DNA of 63,081 bases, the filler included, from Collodictyon triciliatum (Eukaryota), in the NCBI GenBank assembly GCA_043381765.1. It is 10 parts of 10 records of this genome, joined end to end, with 100 filler letters (N's around TTAATTAATTAA, not from the genome) between each part and the next. Parts side by side here need not be neighbours in the genome. Positions count along the whole stretch, not along the records: positions 18,953 to 25,202 come from JBHJMP010004633.1; positions 25,303 to 31,516 come from JBHJMP010004634.1; positions 31,617 to 37,830 come from JBHJMP010004635.1; positions 37,931 to 44,144 come from JBHJMP010004636.1; 6 more parts are not named here. One strand, written 5' to 3'. The notes beneath the pieces are model-generated. The model saw only the letters and a program-made list of their open reading frames with translations. It did no database searches and was not told where the DNA came from. A program made the position numbers and the translations under genes. Shown here piece after piece: positions 22,001-38,588 of the stretch (the stretch's first letter is position 1; every line of letters starts with the position of its first letter).

Positions 22001-25000
22001 TGTCTTTGTTATGATAACTTGACAGATGTGAGAAATGCTGGACGCAGCCAGGCGCCATACTTATACACGCGCTCCTCGGTGCGACGACGGTCTAAATCAG
22101 AATTTCGGCAGAAGTATTTGCGGCTGCGGCTTTCCATCTCTGGACGGATTTCCTTTCGTGGACTGGACCTTCCTTCGGCTTTCCTGGATTCTGGGTTTCT
22201 GGCGAATTTCTGGCTCGGTGTTTGCCACCAGTTTATTCCCCGTTTAGTCATGTTCGTCGGAAATTCTGCATTTCTGCTGAGTTTCTGGTTCTGCGAGCTT
22301 TGTTGGAGCGGAGCCGAGGTTCCTCACACCTTTCGTCCACCATTATATCTATGGTGATCTAAGTCATTACTCTCATTATGTCCCTTGAATTTATAAGTTA
22401 TTCGTGCTTTAGTAAATACAAGAGGACATTGTTTATTTTCCAGATATGAACGAAAGGCGAACTTCCGTTGTTCCCTATGTGAGCTCGAGTTCTATGAACA
22501 GGGGGATGGGCGTACAAAACGGCTGAGTTTGGAGGGGGAGGAGGAAGACAGACAAACCAGGTAACCATAGAGGAGCGAAGAAATACAGAGGTGGGGAGGG
22601 TATTAGGAGCAGAGGAAAGGGAAGGGAGAGGAGGGAGCCTATGAGAGCAGGGCGGGGGTGTCGAGGGCGTCGTCAAGCAGCAGGATTTCGTGGACGCGGA
22701 GGAAGAAGGAGGTGGGGTGGAGCGGAAGCGCGTGGGGGTCTGCGGCGAGAGGCTCCACCGGGGACGGGGCGAAGAGGCTGCCGTGGCTCAAGGGCTGCAG
22801 TGGGCCGGTCGAGTGTGTCGCAGCCGTGGCCAGCTTCAGCAGACCGAGGGGCGGGTGCCGCGATGTCAGCAGTGGTGTTGGTGGTGAAGCGCAGGTGCTC
22901 ATGGCTTTGTTGGCTGGCTTTGTTGGCTTCGTTGCGTTTGTTATTTGTGCGCGAGGACAGAAGATACTGGGGGCTTTGAGAAAAAACCCAGCTGGGAGGA
23001 AGGGCATTTCTTGCGCGGAAGGTGCGCTTATATATTTGGGCTCTGCCAGAATGTGGCCGGAAGAGCGGAAAAAAGACGGAAAAGGGTGGCGGCATAATTC
23101 ACCATATTTGATGAAAAAGCACATAATGGGTTGGGTTCTGTGGGCGCTAAGGCCTTCTTGGGACTAATGATTCACTTGTGGAATTCACAGATAAATCCAA
23201 TTATGGAATAATGAAGCATTTTCGGACTAATTAATTAATTCTGGAAAATTAATGTTGCAAAATGGGCCTGTATATACTATTATGGAACCCCCTTCTCTAC
23301 ATAAGATTCCTGATGCGGGTTGGTGACGACAATTTGTCGTCACAATAAAACTCATATATCCATAACCGGCAGTAGAGGACAAAAGCGGGCTTCTTAATGA
23401 AGGAATATCTTTATTTGTGACTTAAAGTCTAATCTGGAAATTTTAATGAAAAGTGTAATTTTGTACTATGCCTGATGAAAATCGCATACACATTGTAGAA
23501 ATGTGCTTAGAAGTCAGTCAATGTAACTAATTGTATTGTGAGAGGGAAAGGCCGCTCGTTCCATTGTGGGTGCACGGGTGCGAACGGGGGTGGCTAGTTT
23601 TCCTGGTGTTTCGGCCTCTCCTCCAGCGTTTGGGGAAGATCTGGTTAGATCTAATTCTGATTTAGGCGGTCTCATCTTTATCCCTCTCTCTTCTCCCACC
23701 CAGACAAAAAGGAGTGACAGAAGGGAAAAGGGCAGCGATGGAGTGGGGGAAGTTGGGAACTTCGACAGAGGCGTCCATATTCACTTTAATAGTTAGCTTG
23801 TGAGTGGGCTTTGTAGAATTACAACTCTGGTTTTATGAGGATTCTAACATCCCGTTACCGTTGGTGTGGGCAGTGTGCGACAAACGAGGGCAGCGAGGGA
23901 GGTTTGGGTAGGGTATCGAAGAATACTGGATGGAGAAACACGAAAGGGAGGAGGCGTACCGCCGTCTCCAAGTCAGGGAAGGGAACATAACACGAGGCAG
24001 AGATAGTTACAACATGTCTTCAGCAAGGCTGAGACAACAGGGACAGCCAAGTCCGATAGAGGACTAAGGGAGTCAGGAACTATGCCGAGTGTGGTCGCTC
24101 TGCGCAGCCGCGTTGACATGCAAATATGCAACACCCTCGGCCGAACCGGACGCAGGGTGGGCAGCGACATGAAGGCACAGAAGGCAGCGTGTGTCGGAAG
24201 TGGTGTGGGTCGGGTGGGCGTGGCAGAAGAGAGACAGGTGGGCGGATTTGCCAGTGTCGGAATCTGACTCTGCCAGCTCCGCCTGGAGATACCAGTCAGC
24301 ATCCTCGTCCAGCACCTGGCGAATGCGGTCCAGAGAGGCGGGGTCCATCGGGCGAGGTGAACTGTAGTCTCCGGCCGCAAGGGCGTCTGTGGCGAAGCAG
24401 GTATGTGCGCGCGTGTCAACAACAAGAGACTTTGAGGGGGAGTGAGCCGTGGCAAGGAGACGGTTGCTGCGCGGCCGGTTGAGTGGCTCGCTCCTGGCTC
24501 TGTTTGTTGCGCTGCGGCATTGGGCGGTCGGCTCCATAATGATCGGCCTGTGTGTGGCTGGGAAATGGCGGGGGGTGACGATAAGGACGTTACAGAGGAC
24601 TTATGCGACTGCATCTGGCTTGTTTGTTGATATCGAAGGAGGCTGCTCTTGTGTACTTGGTTGGTAGCGTGTTGAACGGTGTTCTGGTTGGAAGTGTGGT
24701 ACTTCATGTCACTCGTCTGACTCTACACAAAAATCTGCACGCAGGGGTTGGGCGCTATCATTTATAATCAAATGATTTGATTTCTGGCGCAGGAACCGAC
24801 AACAACACCAAAATTATATACCAGGCCGTGGATTCATTCATCTTGGCGTGGAATTCCAGTATTCTGTGTTCAGCATTTCCGATTACTTCACTAAGTATCT
24901 GCGTCCAGCGGGATGCTTCGCACATAAGTTTTGGTGGGTTCTGCAAGCAAGTGATATTTAGGAGGCTGGTTCGGTTCGTTGTTCCATTCCTAATCATTTC

Positions 25001-25302
25001 TTTCCGCTCTCGACAACACCCAGGATTCTTGCTAATTTCTTCTTCCTCCATTTTTTTCCAGCGTGCAGCAACTTGCTTGAATAGGTGTTGGCCGTATGAT
25101 GCCGATGCTGATTTTGGAATACAACGCTACTTTCTCGCACATGCTATTCTTATGGCAAAGTGCTCAGTCGATTTTCTGGGTGTTGCTGTTGGAAATTCGC
25201 CANNNNNNNNNNNNNNNNNNNNNNNNNNNNNNNNNNNNNNNNNNNNTTAATTAATTAANNNNNNNNNNNNNNNNNNNNNNNNNNNNNNNNNNNNNNNNNN
25301 NN

Positions 25303-25392
<90 letters not shown>

Positions 25393-27945
25393 AAAAAAAA
25401 CTTACATCCTGTAAAAAAAAAAAATAGACAAAGAATCAGCGAAAAATGAATTTGATTCAAAGAGTGCCACCAGGGACGTGAAGGAGCAGCACAGCACGAT
25501 GATAATTATTCTACCCACACAGAAAAGCGGAGTTTTTTTTTTTTTGGTTTCTTTTCAACAACACAGAAAAGCGGAGTATTCTTATGGGCAGCGAAATGAA
25601 ATCCCAATGTGCCCACAGAAAAAAAGAAAAATAAATTAAAATAATCCATCCTTGCCTATGAAAATCCGAGTGGTCATCTGCCTTTTTAGCCTCCCTGATC
25701 CATATCGCAATTGAGAATCCACTATTTAATGCTCATCTTCATATCAGTTGCTTTATGATTTCCTAAGAAGACAACTGCGGATGGAGCGAAACAGTTTCAA
25801 TAAATAAGACTAAAAATAATAGCTCTAGTTCAGTCTCAATGACATCATACAAATCTCTTTCCTCAATAGCTTCCTTCGCCACCTGCACGTTCTCTATTAC
25901 CCAGACCCTGTGAGAAGAGGCATGTGGAAAGAAGGCTGAGATAGAAATTAAACCTCGCCTTGTTTCTCCTGTGCAAGCACAAGACCCAGGCCACAGGTCA
26001 AAGCGCAGGATGCAATTCCTGACTACCGACTGATTCTCCACCTACCCGGCAGACAAGCAGCGTCCATACAAACTAATGGCTAGCGACTCAAAGCCAACAT
26101 CTCCACCATCTTGCACTAAATTGAAAGGAAAATTATATATATATAAAAAGCTCTAGTTCAGTCTCGTAGATACAAACACAAAATAAAAAATTGGAGAAAA
26201 TCAAAATGTATAGGCGGTTTTTATGTTTCGTAACTTTGATGCTCACTTTGACTGGTAAAATGATAAGTAAGTCTCTTCAACAAAACGCAGACCATTCATC
26301 AGATTTTTTTAAAAAAATTTCAAGCAGGTGGAGTAGACTGCTTTTGCATTAGATGTTCTGAGGTAAAAAGACCAAAAGTGTTTATGTCTCCTTGCACAAG
26401 AAGCATTTGTGAGGGGTAGACTTGTCGGGTACATAGTGTGACACACGCAGAACCACACAACCATGGCCAACACATAGCACTAAAAAAAGAATGAGCGTGA
26501 CCTTCTCTGAGATTTTGGAAGAATGTAAAACATAATAAATAAACGAATAGTTAGTATAAATGAGGAATCATATGAACCCATTTATGTATATAATCCCTTT
26601 CCGATCCAGAGACAATATATCAAGATCTGAATATATTACCAACAACCCAATTATTTCAAACGGTCAAAGGCCTTCCCAGTCGAATGTCGGATGTGCTTTG
26701 TGAGTAAGAAAACAATCGAAAATGGATCAGATAAGAGAAATAAAGGAGAGAGCAAAGGCGATGATATTTAATATGTTTCTTTGGCAATATAATACAAAAA
26801 GGAATATTTCTAGGAATATAACATAATCATTAAGAAAGTATTTGATTTCTTCAAATGAATGACTCTAAGCAAGTACAACGGTCTTACGTGATCACTTTCA
26901 TACCTGATTCATCCGCTTGCCAAAACGGGCTTCTTCCGCTTTCCATTTTCCCTTGCTTTCACCACCTCAATCAAACTCTTCTCACTCATATCGCATAGTA
27001 TATAAGAGGGGTCTCATTACCGAAAACTTTCAATCGGTTTTTAATTTTCCTCGCAATCAGTTCTACAGGATAAGCACCAAGAGTTCAATCACGAGGATAA
27101 TCACAATCACCACTAGAGGCATTCAGGGTACTTGCAAAAACGAAGCTTTTGTCCGAGGAGAAAGATAGAAAGCAATTCCAGCTATGATGCTATATTTTAA
27201 TTCAACACCACTGTCTTTCCTGTCTGCAACTCACATCACGCAGGACATTTTCAAAAGACAGGAATAATTAAATCATAATACAACCTAATAATCTGAGTAG
27301 TGTGGATAAAAAAGTTTTTTGAATCAAGTTGTGATTATAACCTTTTTTTATTTTACAACATTAATACAATTTAATAATTAACCCCACTTAGATTGTAGAC
27401 TTTTTAATTCGTTACAATTAATTTTTCTTCATTTTCCTTTCTTCTTTTCTTTTCTTATTGTTTTATTCATTTTATCATTTTTATTGGTTTTTTTATATGG
27501 TAGACACACAAGAATATGCAATTAAGAAATACTTTCACCAAAATCTATTACTATTTTTCTTTGGAATATCATCAAAAATCTCTAAATGACACAAATTGAT
27601 GAGATGTAATATTCGTACTCGTTTTCGCCTTGCTTTCCTTGCTCTCAGTAAATTACTTAAAATTCAATCATGATAAATTTTATTGAGTAAAAATTAATAT
27701 TAATTACATAAATGTTTTTCATTACCAGGTACAGAGTCCGTTACCTTCGAATCGAATTGTGTGAGGTATTGTTTCAACCGAACGCTTGGGTACATATAAC
27801 ATAAAAATTTTGGAAAAAAAAACTACTACTACGGCTACATTCAATATAACATAAAGATGACAATTCTGGTGCGCATCTTTTTAAAACAAAATCCATTCCA
27901 TATTACAGAGACTTTCTCCTTTTGGAGAGAATACAACCAGCGCCT

Positions 27946-29361
27946 ATGGAACCTAACCCCTTCGACTTTCCTTATGGAGACGAAATATTTTTGGATGATT
28001 CATCATGGAATCAGGCTAACCGTTCTCAAAACCAAGAAGACCTTGGGGCAAGAGAAGCGCACAGTAAAAAAAACGAAGAAAACCTTCAAAGTCAAACCCA
28101 AGACCAAGCATACAATTCCATGAACCAGGAGCATGTGGACTCTCTACGTGAACATCAAGAATGCTTTGGAGAACACAATTTTGACTGTGGAAGTGGGGTC
28201 AACCCACGATGGATAAATTCTCCGTGGACAAGCGCAGGGTATCCGGAAAACCCCGAGAAAAATCATAATCAAAGCGATGAGTACTACACTTACAGCAATC
28301 AAGTCAGCTCGGTTATCGAAGCTCGAATCTCTCCTCAAGAGCAAGAAAACTGTTGTGAAGTTCATGGACAAATATATTCTGAGAACCAAGACCAAGAGTA
28401 TCAACAACCAAGCGCCACTGGAAATTCATTTTACTTCCACCAATATTCTATTCCCATTATTGGCCAGACATTGGATGTATTCCAAAAAATATCTCAAAAA
28501 TCAACAGCCTTGGTGTGGGTGGATGCTGATTTATCTTTTCTGTCATCTTACTCTATTGAATCTTCACCTACATATACAACACGAGAATTAACACCAAGTG
28601 ACTCATGTTCTCAATTAGGAGTAATGCGTCGAAACTTGAGTAATATATCAATAGCCAACTCTGTACCAGCAGGTCTTCAGACGGAATCATCTCCATTCTT
28701 CTACTCTAATTCAAGCTTTTTAAATGGAGATTCGTGTGAAGTTGAACCAGCAGCGCTCCAGTTCTCTGATGTGTTCAAATCTGATTTGAACCAACCTTCG
28801 GCTGTGGAAAAGCATCCAACCTTTTCGCGAGAAAATGCCACAAGCATGCTGTATACTCCATGCCTTGCTTATGAAAATTCTGCATTTCAGCATATAGATT
28901 CGTCGAAATTATACCCAAATACTGCTGCTGAGCAGTTATCGAGTAACTCTCCGGCTAGATACCCATCAACATCGACCAAGAGAGGACGAGGAAGTGAAAA
29001 CACAACACCTGTTCGACCGGATAACCTTGATAAGAATGGACACAAGCTGAAGAGACCTATGAACGCTTACCTCCTGTTCTGTTCCGAGTGGAGGGAACGC
29101 TGTCGACTGGCTGACCCATTTAATGATACCCGTGAGCTGGCCACAAAGCTTGGTGAAATGTGGCGCACACTAGAAGAGCCTCAAAAGAGCGATTACAACC
29201 GCCGAGCAGAGGAGATAAAGGCAAGCTTTCTGCAAGAAAACCCAAACTACCGTTTTACCAGAAGAAAGAAGGCAAGGAAGGATCAAGCGTCTTTGTCGCA
29301 CTCTGCTCTGGGGGACTGTGAAAGTCCCCAGCAAGGTGTGTGCAAAAGACTTTTTGACTAA
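27946..29361 (+). CDS. HMG-box protein of the sequence-specific (SOX/TCF/MATA-like) class
   Basis: C-terminal KLKRPMNAYLLFCSEWR...LATKLGEMWRTL...FLQENPNYRFTRRKK after a long low-complexity N-terminus. First ATG 27946; upstream exons are possible. Confidence 0.8.
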   Translation: MEPNPFDFPYGDEIFLDDSSWNQANRSQNQEDLGAREAHSKKNEENLQSQTQDQAYNSMNQEHVDSLREHQECFGEHNFDCGSGVNPRWINSPWTSAGYPENPEKNHNQSDEYYTYSNQVSSVIEARISPQEQENCCEVHGQIYSENQDQEYQQPSATGNSFYFHQYSIPIIGQTLDVFQKISQKSTALVWVDADLSFLSSYSIESSPTYTTRELTPSDSCSQLGVMRRNLSNISIANSVPAGLQTESSPFFYSNSSFLNGDSCEVEPAALQFSDVFKSDLNQPSAVEKHPTFSRENATSMLYTPCLAYENSAFQHIDSSKLYPNTAAEQLSSNSPARYPSTSTKRGRGSENTTPVRPDNLDKNGHKLKRPMNAYLLFCSEWRERCRLADPFNDTRELATKLGEMWRTLEEPQKSDYNRRAEEIKASFLQENPNYRFTRRKKARKDQASLSHSALGDCESPQQGVCKRLFD

Positions 29362-29363
29362 TG

Positions 29364-29449
<86 letters not shown>

Positions 29450-31011
29450 CAAGTCTGTTGTTTGGTTGCGGGTCATTTTCCGCATACAACAACAAAAAAA
29501 ATATACACTGGGACAAGAGTCAGAGGCAGCTGTCTTGTTCCCATTAGAGAAGGGCATAGCCACGTCGAAGTGGATGAGAGGAGCAGAGTTCTTAAAACAG
29601 ACTCGATGCACCTTCGAATCTACTCTCTGTTGGCTATTGCCAGAAGGGTGTCAATGCCCTTTTCTCTGTCAAATCTTTTCATTTCCTCGTAAGTTTTCTT
29701 TTCTCTAAATTTTAAAGTTGCTCCAGTTTGTAGCCACGCATGAATTTCAATTCAAGGCCTATTTTTCCCATCCTTCTTTTCATTCACTTCGGAAATTCGA
29801 TTATATATCAGCTGACTTCAAAGACATTCTTTCTTAATACCATTCTCCCTATTAACATCAGTCACCTATACTTTTGGCATCATCCTTTCTCCATCAACTT
29901 TCCACGATATCTTGGTGGCTTTAACAAAGTTTAATAACAGCAGAATAAGAAAGATGAGAACGGAAAAAGAGTTTAGCTCTTGGCCAACAAAAATAAATCA
30001 ACGAACAACCTTATTTTGTTTGTTTTATGGGCACTAGATATTTCACGAAATCCGAGGGCTAAAGAATATGGCCATGGGCGCAAGGTAGGCTAGGGTCGAG
30101 CCAGGGCCGTAGTAAGCCAGAGCAAGGACGGGTGCACATCGACGACATATATAGGAGAGGGCAGCATATAAGTTGTGAGATGCGTCCGATTATGAGACAG
30201 ATGGGAGCGAGTGCTGGAGTCAGGTTGAATTTTCTTTTCTATTTACTTATTTATTGTAGGGAAGGCACATACTGTGTGAATGTGTGTCGCACCAGTGGGT
30301 GGAGTGTTACTATTAAGCAAGATGAGGACTTGCAGTCACTTCTGAGAACTTAAGGCAGATGAGACCACAGTTGAGACCGCAGATAAGACGACAGATAGGG
30401 CAACAGAGAGTATATAAATGAAGCTAAGGTAATGAAGCAAGAGATTGGTTGCATGACTGAGAAAACTTATGGGAAAGGCGAGATGGAGCTTAAATGGGTG
30501 GGAAGTGGCTTGTATGGTTATGAAAAATTCGATTGCATTGTTAAGGCGAATTATAAATCACTATAGCCAGTATCTAAAGTATGGATGATGAGCCATCCAG
30601 GATTGATCGGTCATTTATTCCCATTTTTCAATATTTAATTTAGAGAAAACTAAAATCAAGAAATTACTATAGACACTCGGACAGTAATGAGCTATGGATA
30701 AGGTAGTTTAATCCCCTGGATTGTTTGGTGGCAGTTTTTGTGTCTTCGAAGAAAACAAGTGGGGTGAGAAAGAAAGAGAAGATGAAGAGTCAGGTTTTGA
30801 AATAGAAAAGAGGAAAAACTTATACACATACTATCCTACTTGGAGTGGTTCAACTCCAACTTGATTTTTGGTTGTTTGAGACTCACAGAGAAGCAGATAA
30901 AGTTTTCGGGTCGATAAAAGAATATGCATGGCAACTACTTGTCAAATCGATTCCAACAAATATCTTCATTAGCGTTTCTTACAATTTTCACATCCTATTT
31001 CATCCCACAGG

Positions 31012-31516
31012 ATTTTCTTTCCTTTGTTCCATTCAAAGAGCAGCAATGTTATGCCATATAAAGGGGCGGGATGGGAGCGCATGGGAGAGAGCAAACGCGA
31101 GTAGGAGAAGACACTACCGTGGAGAGGCTAGCACTGGAGAGAAATCAGTGATAGTGAGTTGGTCAGGTGGGCGACATAACTGATTGATTGGTTGCGTGGG
31201 TAGCAGGGGTTGGATGTGCTGTGGGAGATATCGCACGACACATTCCCACATCTCTCTTCGCTTGCGGTCAGAGTAGCGATGAATGCGGGCGTGTTTCAGA
31301 AGGCTGTTCAGGAAACTGTATTGCACGAGGCTTTCAAGCCTGGCTACATTGATTTCTCGTTCGGGTGAATCATTAGAGCTAGAGAATGCGCGCACACTCC
31401 ACAAGGACCACAGCATATGTCCCCTTGTGACTGTCCAGAGTATTCTAGAGTCGTGGGTCATTTGGTATTGTGGGCCAAACAGGATGTCAGACGCGCTGAG
31501 TCGGTTGGGAGCATAA
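31012..31516 (-). mobile_element. 3' end of an L1/Tx1-like non-LTR retrotransposon (ORF2 C-terminus + 3' UTR)
   Basis: LSASDILFG...ILWTVTRGHMLWSLWSVR resembles the ILFG...LWxIWxxR ORF2 tail. The 3' end (31012-31133) is homologous to 53511-53630. Confidence 0.6.
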
Positions 31517-31616
31517 NNNNNNNNNNNNNNNNNNNNNNNNNNNNNNNNNNNNNNNNNNNNTTAATTAATTAANNNNNNNNNNNNNNNNNNNNNNNNNNNN
31601 NNNNNNNNNNNNNNNN

Positions 31617-31792
31617 TTATTTTATCATTATTTTATCATTATTTTATCATTATTTTATCATTATTTTATCATTATTTTATCATTATTTTATCATTATTTT
31701 ATCATTATTTTATCATTATTTTATCATTATTTTATCATTATTTTATCATTATTTTATCATTATTTTATCATTATTTTATCATTATTTTATCA
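31617..31792. repeat. (TTATTTTATCA)n 11-mer tandem repeat in an ALDH intron
   Basis: Directly visible; ends at the CAG acceptor at 31791-31793. Confidence 0.9.
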
Positions 31793-31793
31793 G

Positions 31794-34771
<2,978 letters not shown>

Positions 34772-35397
34772 GGCTATTAAAGTGATAAAAAAAAAAAGAA
34801 GAAGAAGAAGAAGAAGAAGAAAAGGACACCACATGAATGATATAAATCAAAAAACGAGACACCAGCTTCACTTTCCTGACCATCTCTATCATTCGAGCTG
34901 TCTGTGGTGATTTGATATATGGGGGTTTTTTTATTATCATTACTATTTTGAGCTATTTTGTCCCATGTTATTAACCTGTGAAAACCCATTGCAGGGAGCT
35001 GAAATACAACTAAGGAAATCACCCCTAAAAAAATATAAACACGCAACCCCCATACGCCACTAATACGATGGAAACACTCACACAGCCGGCTGGGTGAGGC
35101 GCAGCACATCAATAAATATATAAATCTGGAAAATATTATATAATTGTGTAATTTCTCTAATTAGTTGTACATATTCCTGTTTAAACACTTGTACTTCATG
35201 AAAACACCAATTATAATTCAAATAATCATCCAATTGTCATCATACATAGGCGAGACACTTAATTTCAGCAAAATCCGTGACAATTATTTGTAAGGTGGAG
35301 ACAAGGACAATGCACCACAAACACAAATCCACAATTAGAAATACATTTTCAATCCATTTCCATATTTGAAAATTTGTGTTTTCCCAGAGAGATATAA

Positions 35398-35865
<468 letters not shown>

Positions 35866-36129
35866 CCGCCCGCCACGGCCTCCTCTCTTGTACTCGAAAA
35901 TATGTCTCTCCTTCTATCTCCTAAAGCGCAGCAAGCTGCTTTGTTCTTCTCCTGTGTCTCTTTCTCCTCCTGCTTTGCATTGCAAGCGGCATTTGCGGCC
36001 GGATGCTAGTCTTACCACAAGAGCCTATGTCTGCCGCATGTGTCTGTCTCCTATAATAAAGGCAGCAACTGTCTCGCATGCGCAATGGGTGTCCATAGTG
36101 CTGTCTCTTTATTCTCTGCGGACGAGTGT

Positions 36130-37020
<891 letters not shown>

Positions 37021-37727
37021 CTGATTGTTGGTCTTGAGGGGTTTAGAGCTACATGTTTTGAATAAAATCGAAAGTGGCGCTCAGTGTACAGGCAAATAAA
37101 TATCCTTTTTTTTCCTTTTTCTTTTCCATCGACTGGAGGTCATGTCATAATAAGTCACCATTTTTTTTTTTGTATGACTTGTGCGATTCCTATACAATGA
37201 CATAAACCCCAAGAAAAAAAAACAATCAACTTCAGCCCAGGTTTTGGAGTCTAAGAAATCGTGTTACAGAACGCACCCGATGGGTTTAACTCGACTGTGA
37301 TTACAGGTGCAAGGGATCAAAATGAGCTCCTAATGCACGTTCGTGCTTTAAAACAAGAACCAGGTAGTCGAGGGAGAGTGGGAGACTTGAAAAAAAAAAA
37401 GAAAAAGGGACGACACAAACAGCAAACGCGCTATGTTTGAAGAGTTCTGATGCCCCATGTCAAGTGTCAATCGTGGTTGTTGTGTTATTGCGCAGTCTCT
37501 TTCGTTTTCCAAAGGGAATATATAGACCCTCAGCGCTAGTGGGTATGAGGATCCAACAGAAGGCCGGGGGCAATAGGGGGTCGCAGGCGTGATTCGGAGT
37601 GTGGCATTTATTCCCCATAGGCTGGTTCCGTACAGTTTGCGCAGGAGATTCTGTGTGTATGTACAAATACGGAATTTAAGAAATATGAGGGTGGAGCTAG
37701 ATTCATCAGTTCGTGAAAGAAAAAATC

Positions 37728-37830
37728 AAACCAAAAACATAAAAACCAAAAACATAAAAACCAAAAACATAAAAACCAAAAACATAAAAACCAAAAACAT
37801 AAAAACCAAAAACATAAAAACCAAAAACAT
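37728..37830. repeat. (AAAAACCAAAAACAT)n 15-mer tandem repeat at contig end
   Basis: Directly visible. Confidence 0.9.
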
Positions 37831-38588
37831 NNNNNNNNNNNNNNNNNNNNNNNNNNNNNNNNNNNNNNNNNNNNTTAATTAATTAANNNNNNNNNNNNNN
37901 NNNNNNNNNNNNNNNNNNNNNNNNNNNNNNAAGAAAAAAAGAAAAAAAGAAAAAAAGAAAAAAAGAAAAAAAGAAAAAAAGAAAAAAAGAAAAAAAGAAA
38001 AAAAGAAAAAAAGAAAAAAAGAAAAGAGAATTCCATGAATCGTGATTACAGTCAAAGTTTATAGAAATGCTTACGACGGTGGATTGATTTCTCGTATTAT
38101 TTTACTTACCAACTTTTGCCTCTTTTGATTTTCATATATATATATATATATTCTGCGGGATTTAACAACCCCGGCTGGTGCGAAAGATGTGTATCAAATA
38201 TGTAACTAATGTGTAATATATCAGATAGATTCCCGCAGATGATTTCTCGTTCTCTTGTGTCTTGATACGAGCAAACGACCCACAGTTATCATCACTTTCA
38301 TCCCATGTCCCGTCCTTTCTCGTGAATCCAGCCTCATTCAAAGACAAGCACCACTCTTTCTGCGAGGCTGCGACAAGTTAGGCCACTTCGCGTATCAGTA
38401 GACTCGTTAACGTAGTTCTTAGAACTGGTCGCAAAACACTCTCCTCCGGCTTGTTTTGCTCTTTCGGCACAAACGCTGGTGCCTTTTTTGTATTATATAC
38501 TTTTAATAATCTATGTTTCATAACTTGTCTACTTCGTCGCCAAGAAGCTTTCGTTTGCTTGGATCGAATAAACAAACACCTGGCAGCC

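Noticed and set aside
24758-25202. Degenerate HMG-box pseudogene (FKQVAARWKKMEEEE)
   Set aside because: Only a short helix-like match, interrupted by stops; cannot be supported without a profile search.
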